Source: Emiliania huxleyi CCMP1516 (lineage: Eukaryota). Taken from it: a stretch of DNA of 64,000 bases. The stretch's first letter is position 1; every line of letters begins with the position of its first letter. This document shows, piece after piece, positions 59,763-64,000 of the stretch. The translations under genes were made by a program, and so were the position numbers. Below the pieces are notes generated by a model. That model was not told where the DNA came from. It saw only the letters and a program-made list of their open reading frames with translations, and ran no database searches. Location of the stretch: the NCBI RefSeq assembly GCF_000372725.1, contig NW_005201551.1:280520-344519 (forward strand). The letters run 5' to 3'.

Positions 59763-61393
59763 GAGTAGCCGAAATGGGCCGAGAGAGTAGCCGAGAGATG
59801 CCGGTAGCCGAGAGTAGCCGAGAGATGGGCCGAGAGTAGCCGAGAGTAGCCGAGAGTAGCCGAGAGTAGCCGAGAGTAGCCGAGAGTAGCCGAGAAATGA
59901 GGTGATGTCTCATGTGGCTGTACCTGGCCACCCGGCGCCAAGGCCGGGGCGCCTTCTAAGAGGTTGCCTACTTCGAGTAGGCGTTGGCCAAGGGCGATGC
60001 CGACATCGCGATGTGACACCAAGCGTGTGAGGCGCAGCGATACAGTGGGGGCGCGAGCCTCCGGGGGGCGAGAGACGCGTCTCAGCTGAGCTGCACCTCC
60101 GAGCGTCCGCATGCAGAGAGCCTCAGGGGCCTCCGTGCGGCAACCGGCATCCAACCACATGCATGAATCGATTCGAAATACGCTGGGGCTTCTAAGTTCC
60201 TTCCCTCACCCTCCCAGTAAACGTGTTAAAGTTCTTCTCCCGTGTTGTTCAAGGTACGGCTTTAACCCCTAAACGGCGTTCCTGTCAGTACTGACAGGAG
60301 GCCGTCTATTTTATTCCTTTGCAGGAGGCGTGAATCCGTTAGGATTCTCGCCCGCTCTGCTGAGGGGAGGGGACGGTCGACTGGGCCGGTCGCTCGACCC
60401 GATTCTACTCTACTATCAGTCTTACCATTCATGGACAATAGTGTCTGTGACGGCGGTGACATTCACAGCGAGGTCAGTTCACAGCCGAGGCGCCGATCCT
60501 GACACGCTCCACTTTCGGCTCGCCGCGGCTCGAGCAAGGTCTATGTCGATCCGCATCTTGCCAGCTGTGGCTCGCCCGTCTACCGCTACCGCGCCTACCA
60601 GATACAGTCGCAGATGCAGGCTTGCGTTGGCTTGAGACGTCATTCGTCCACGCTGGCGCTTGCGGTGCCATTCTGTGCTGTGGTTCTCGTGCGGTTTTAT
60701 CGTTCTTCGTTGCGATTGCCGTGGTGGCGGTGGATGCAGCCGAGCCGAGTGTCGTCGTTGACGGCATCGCGCTCGTCTTTCGACTGCCTCGCTTCTTCTA
60801 CCGACACGGAGACACGTGGGTCAGCGCGCAGTCGAAGATCTGGTATGCGTTTATCTTCTGTTGTCGTCGAGATTTCCGGCTGGGTCAGCTCACCGATGCG
60901 GCCCCGACCGGCCTTTGCGACAGCATCTGCGACGCTGCTCAGCCGCTGACGCCGCGAGAGTGGATCGCCATGGCGTGGCCAGCAGTACGGCGAGCTATGT
61001 CAGTGTCATTACCGTTGCAGTGATGTGGGACCCTCTGGCCAGCCTCTGGCACCATCTTGGATGCCGGCGCGGGTCCCCACGTCAGGTTGTTTTGGGTTAC
61101 TGTAACTGAGGTGTGCACGACGCCCGCAAAGGAAGCAGCGCAGCCGCCAGCAGCGCCACGCGCGACATAGCCCCCAGCGTAGCTCGCGGCAGCGCAGCAG
61201 GAATGAAGGGTGGAGTCGTCCCGGATGCTCTTAGAGAGGCTGATACCGGTACGACAAGGACAGCGACAGAATGGCGTTGCGTCACAGGAGGAGCAGTGGC
61301 GGCAGCAGAGGGCAGAGACGGCAGAGGCAGGGGCGGCGGCTGCGGAGGTGGAGGGGGCGGAGGAGGTCGAGGCAAAGGCGGAGGCACAGGTGG

Positions 61394-61531
61394 GTTGCTG
61401 CTCAGGCTGCTGCTCAGGCTGCTGCTCGGGCTGCTGCTCGGGCTGCTGCTCGGGCTGCTGCTCGGGCTGCTGCTCGGGCTGCTGCTCGGGCTGCTGCTCG
61501 GGCTGCTGCTCGGGCTGCTGCTCGGGCTGCT
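61394..61531. repeat. 12-bp tandem repeat (GCTGCTGCTCGG), encodes EQQP on the - strand
   Basis: About 11 units within ORF 60939-61823; coding status uncertain. Confidence 0.85.
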
Positions 61532-61913
61532 GCGAGGCGAGCCTTGTGCCTGGAGGTCGGGCCGTGGCAGCAGCAGGAGGCTCGGGGACCAGGCTGTCGC
61601 GTCGCAGCGGCCGGCCGGGAGAGCTCTGTTGGGGTTGGCGCTGGTCTAGGGCACCAGAGCGTCGTCCATCAGAGCGTGGCCCACCGGCCGGCAGCGCGTG
61701 TACCGAGCTGAAGTCCGTGCGACTGGTGCCTTCGGCAGCGGCCGCGGGCGGCTCCAGGTCGCCAAAGAAAGCGCACAAGCACGCACACGCGCTAAGTCGC
61801 AGCGGCGCCGCGGGAGGCAGCACCGAGTGCCGACCGCCGGCAGAATTCGCAGCCCCGCAGGAGCGAGAGCGCCTAAAGCACGGGCTCGCCGGCCATTCAC
61901 TGGCGGCCGCGCG

Positions 61914-64000
61914 ATGCGCCTCGCCGTCCCGGCGCTCGCCCTCCTCTCACTGCTCGCGCTGCTCCGCGCACACGGCGCCACGGCTCCGAGCGTCGCGGGC
62001 AGCGACCACCTAGGTCTGGAGCGCGCGTCAACCGGTGCGCAGACGCTCGCGGCGGAGGCGGCAGTCGCTGCGGCTGAGGCGGCAGTCGCTGCGGCGGAGG
62101 CGGCGGCCGCTGTGGCGGAGGAGCGCAGGCTCAACCCCGACGCCTCGTCGACTGCGGAGGTCGCCAGAGAACAGGGCGGGGCTACGCCCGAGGCGAGCCA
62201 CAGCGGCAGCGTGCACGCGGCGCCGGACAGCTCCACGCGGCGGGCGACGGACGGCGGCGGCGGGACGCGCTCCCACTCCCACGGCGAGGTGCGCGGCCGA
62301 TCCGACGGCGGCGTGTTGCCCGGGCGGCGCTTCCCTGGAGCCTTCCGGGAGCCTTCCCGGAGCCTTCCCTGCAGGTGCGCCCCAAGGGGGAGGAGGAGTG
62401 GAAGGTGCCGCTAAAGCCTTCGGTGGTGGCGCGGGCGCCGAGCATCGGCGGCGTCGACCGGCGCGAGTCCGCGCTGGCGAAGCGGCTGAGGTTGCAGCAG
62501 TTTCACGACTTGGTCATGGAGCCTAGAAGCTGCTAGAAGCCGAGTACGTATTCGTGTACTCCTAGTAGCGCTCGAGAGGACACGGACTCAGCTGTACTCG
62601 GCCGCATTCAGCTGTCGTCGCCTCCCTCGTATTCACGCGGTGCTCTGAAGACACTGCGCTATACCGTTTTCCCGCCCTCATGTTGGCGTATTCAGCACCG
62701 CGTGGTCAATCTAACCCTAACCCAACCCTAACCCTAACCCTAACCGTAGGTAATGGACAATCTCGGGCCGCTCGCCGCGATTGGCTGGGCAATCTCGCCC
62801 CTGCTCGCCCTCGCCTGTCGCCGTTGACCGTGCCCTCAAAAGACGGACGCTCGCTTCCTGGCGTAGGTAATGGGCAATCTCCCGCAATCTCCCCGCAGTC
62901 TCCCGCAATCTCCCGCCGTCGCTCCCTCGCGTAGGACGCCCTCCTTCTCTGAGCCGCCTCCTCTCCCCCTCCACACGTCCACAATCACTCACGGGTCGAG
63001 TTGCGCACGACAGGCCAACTCCTTCTTCCTCCCTAACCCTAACCCTAACCCGTCAGGCCTTCTCCTTCTTCCTCATCTTCGCGTACTGCGCGCAGCGCTA
63101 GACGCGGAATGCGCATTCTTGTATCCCCGCCCTCACCACTGCACTCGCCGCCTTCGTCGCCGCCCCCGCCCTCACCGCTTCCCTCACCCCCCTCGCCGCC
63201 GAGCCCACCTCCCTCGCCGCCCCCACCCTCACCACCGCCCTCGCCGCCGCCGTCACCGGTCCCGCCCTCGCTGCCTACCTCAATGTGCATGCGCAGTCGT
63301 GTATCCCAAGTAGCGCTCGAGGAGGACACGCATTCAACTGTACCCCGCCGTATTCGGTTGTGTTCACTGTGTTCGTACCCCCCCGTATGCACGCGGTGCT
63401 CTGAATGGCACTGCGCAATACCGCACAATACCCTAAGGTTGGCGTACTCATCACCGCGCAGGCGCGCAGCGGTTCCTTTCGCGGAGCGTGCTGGTGACGC
63501 TGCTGTACACGATGCTCTACCTCATCGCCTCCCCCGTGGCCATCATGGCCAACAAGATCCTGATGAAGGACAAGGGCTTCGGATACCCGGTGATGGTGTC
63601 TGCGATGGGGCAGGTATTCCACGCCTAGAAGCAGAAGATCTCCCCATATCTCCCCCGTATCTCCCCCATATCTGGCAGCGCAGCCTAGGAGCGGAGTACG
63701 TGTTCTTGCATCCCAACTAGCGCTCGAGGGGGCACGCACTCGACTCTGTTCAGCCGTGTTCGGCCGCGTTGGCTGGACTCGTAGCCCCTCACATTCACGC
63801 GGTGCTACGAATGCACTGCACAGTACCGTCTCCCCGCCCTGATGTCGGCGCATTTCACCGGGCACGGTGGACCCCACTGCTACCACACCACCCACGGGAC
63901 TGAACCCACACTGGGTTCGATGCTCTGGAGGTGCGGCATTTCACCCCGCAGGTTGCCACCGCCTTGTGCGCCGCCGTCGTCGTCTTCATCACGGGCGAGA
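61914..64000 (+). CDS. TPT/nucleotide-sugar transporter family protein with long N-terminal extension (5' part)
   Basis: Signal-like MRLAVPALALLSLL; spliced FAYC|AQRFLSRSVLVTLLYTMLYLIASPVAIMANKILMKDKGFGYPVMVSAMGQ|VATALCA (NK..F.YP motif). Confidence 0.78.
62513..62704 (+). mobile_element. Introner-like element, copy C (TPT gene)
   Basis: Same core; starts GTCATGGA, echoed as GTAATGGA after the downstream TAG; own acceptor decayed (CGCGTGG). Confidence 0.75.
63088..63461 (+). mobile_element. Introner-like intron, copy D, with internal SPPP-type insert
   Basis: Perfect 10-bp duplication GCGCGCAGCG (63088-63097 and 63462-63471); removal restores the frame. Confidence 0.82.
63614..63951 (+). 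mobile_element. Introner-like intron, copy E, with 10-mer satellite and extra insert
   Basis: GT-AG; GCCTAG..TAGCGCTCGAG..CACGCGGTGCT..CTGCACAGTACCG core. Confidence 0.78.

Noticed and set aside
61210..62013. Metallothionein-like (CCSG)n protein
   Set aside because: Product of a 12-bp repeat open in several frames; no other support.

Overview
GC-rich, intron-dense eukaryotic DNA with four 100-N gaps. Frequent GC-AG introns packed with 10-11 bp satellites suggest a haptophyte such as Emiliania/Gephyrocapsa huxleyi (inference). Spliced genes I can reconstruct by eye: a trypsin-like serine protease, an SPFH/Band-7 protein, an apparent XAP5/FAM50-N + DUF167 fusion, a RidA/YjgF-family protein, a GBP/atlastin-type GTPase, a GT4 glycosyltransferase, a coiled-coil protein, a START-domain protein and a TPT-family transporter. 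There are also many TE remnants. Two systems stand out. (1) Four copies of a HET/TIR-like + LRR gene, the three 5'-intact ones starting with an MGC acylation motif. Their differences cluster in the exposed LRR beta-strand positions, as expected of a diversifying immune receptor with no NACHT/NB-ARC domain. (2) Evidence of intron creation: a ~160-190 bp introner-like family (5 copies in 3 genes, donor supplied by a 7-10 bp target duplication, acceptor by the element), a ~38 bp hairpin micro-intron family, and many introns made of a duplicated exon start plus stop-rich AT filler, often amplified into CRISPR-looking arrays. All exon boundaries and family assignments are by-eye motif calls, not search results.
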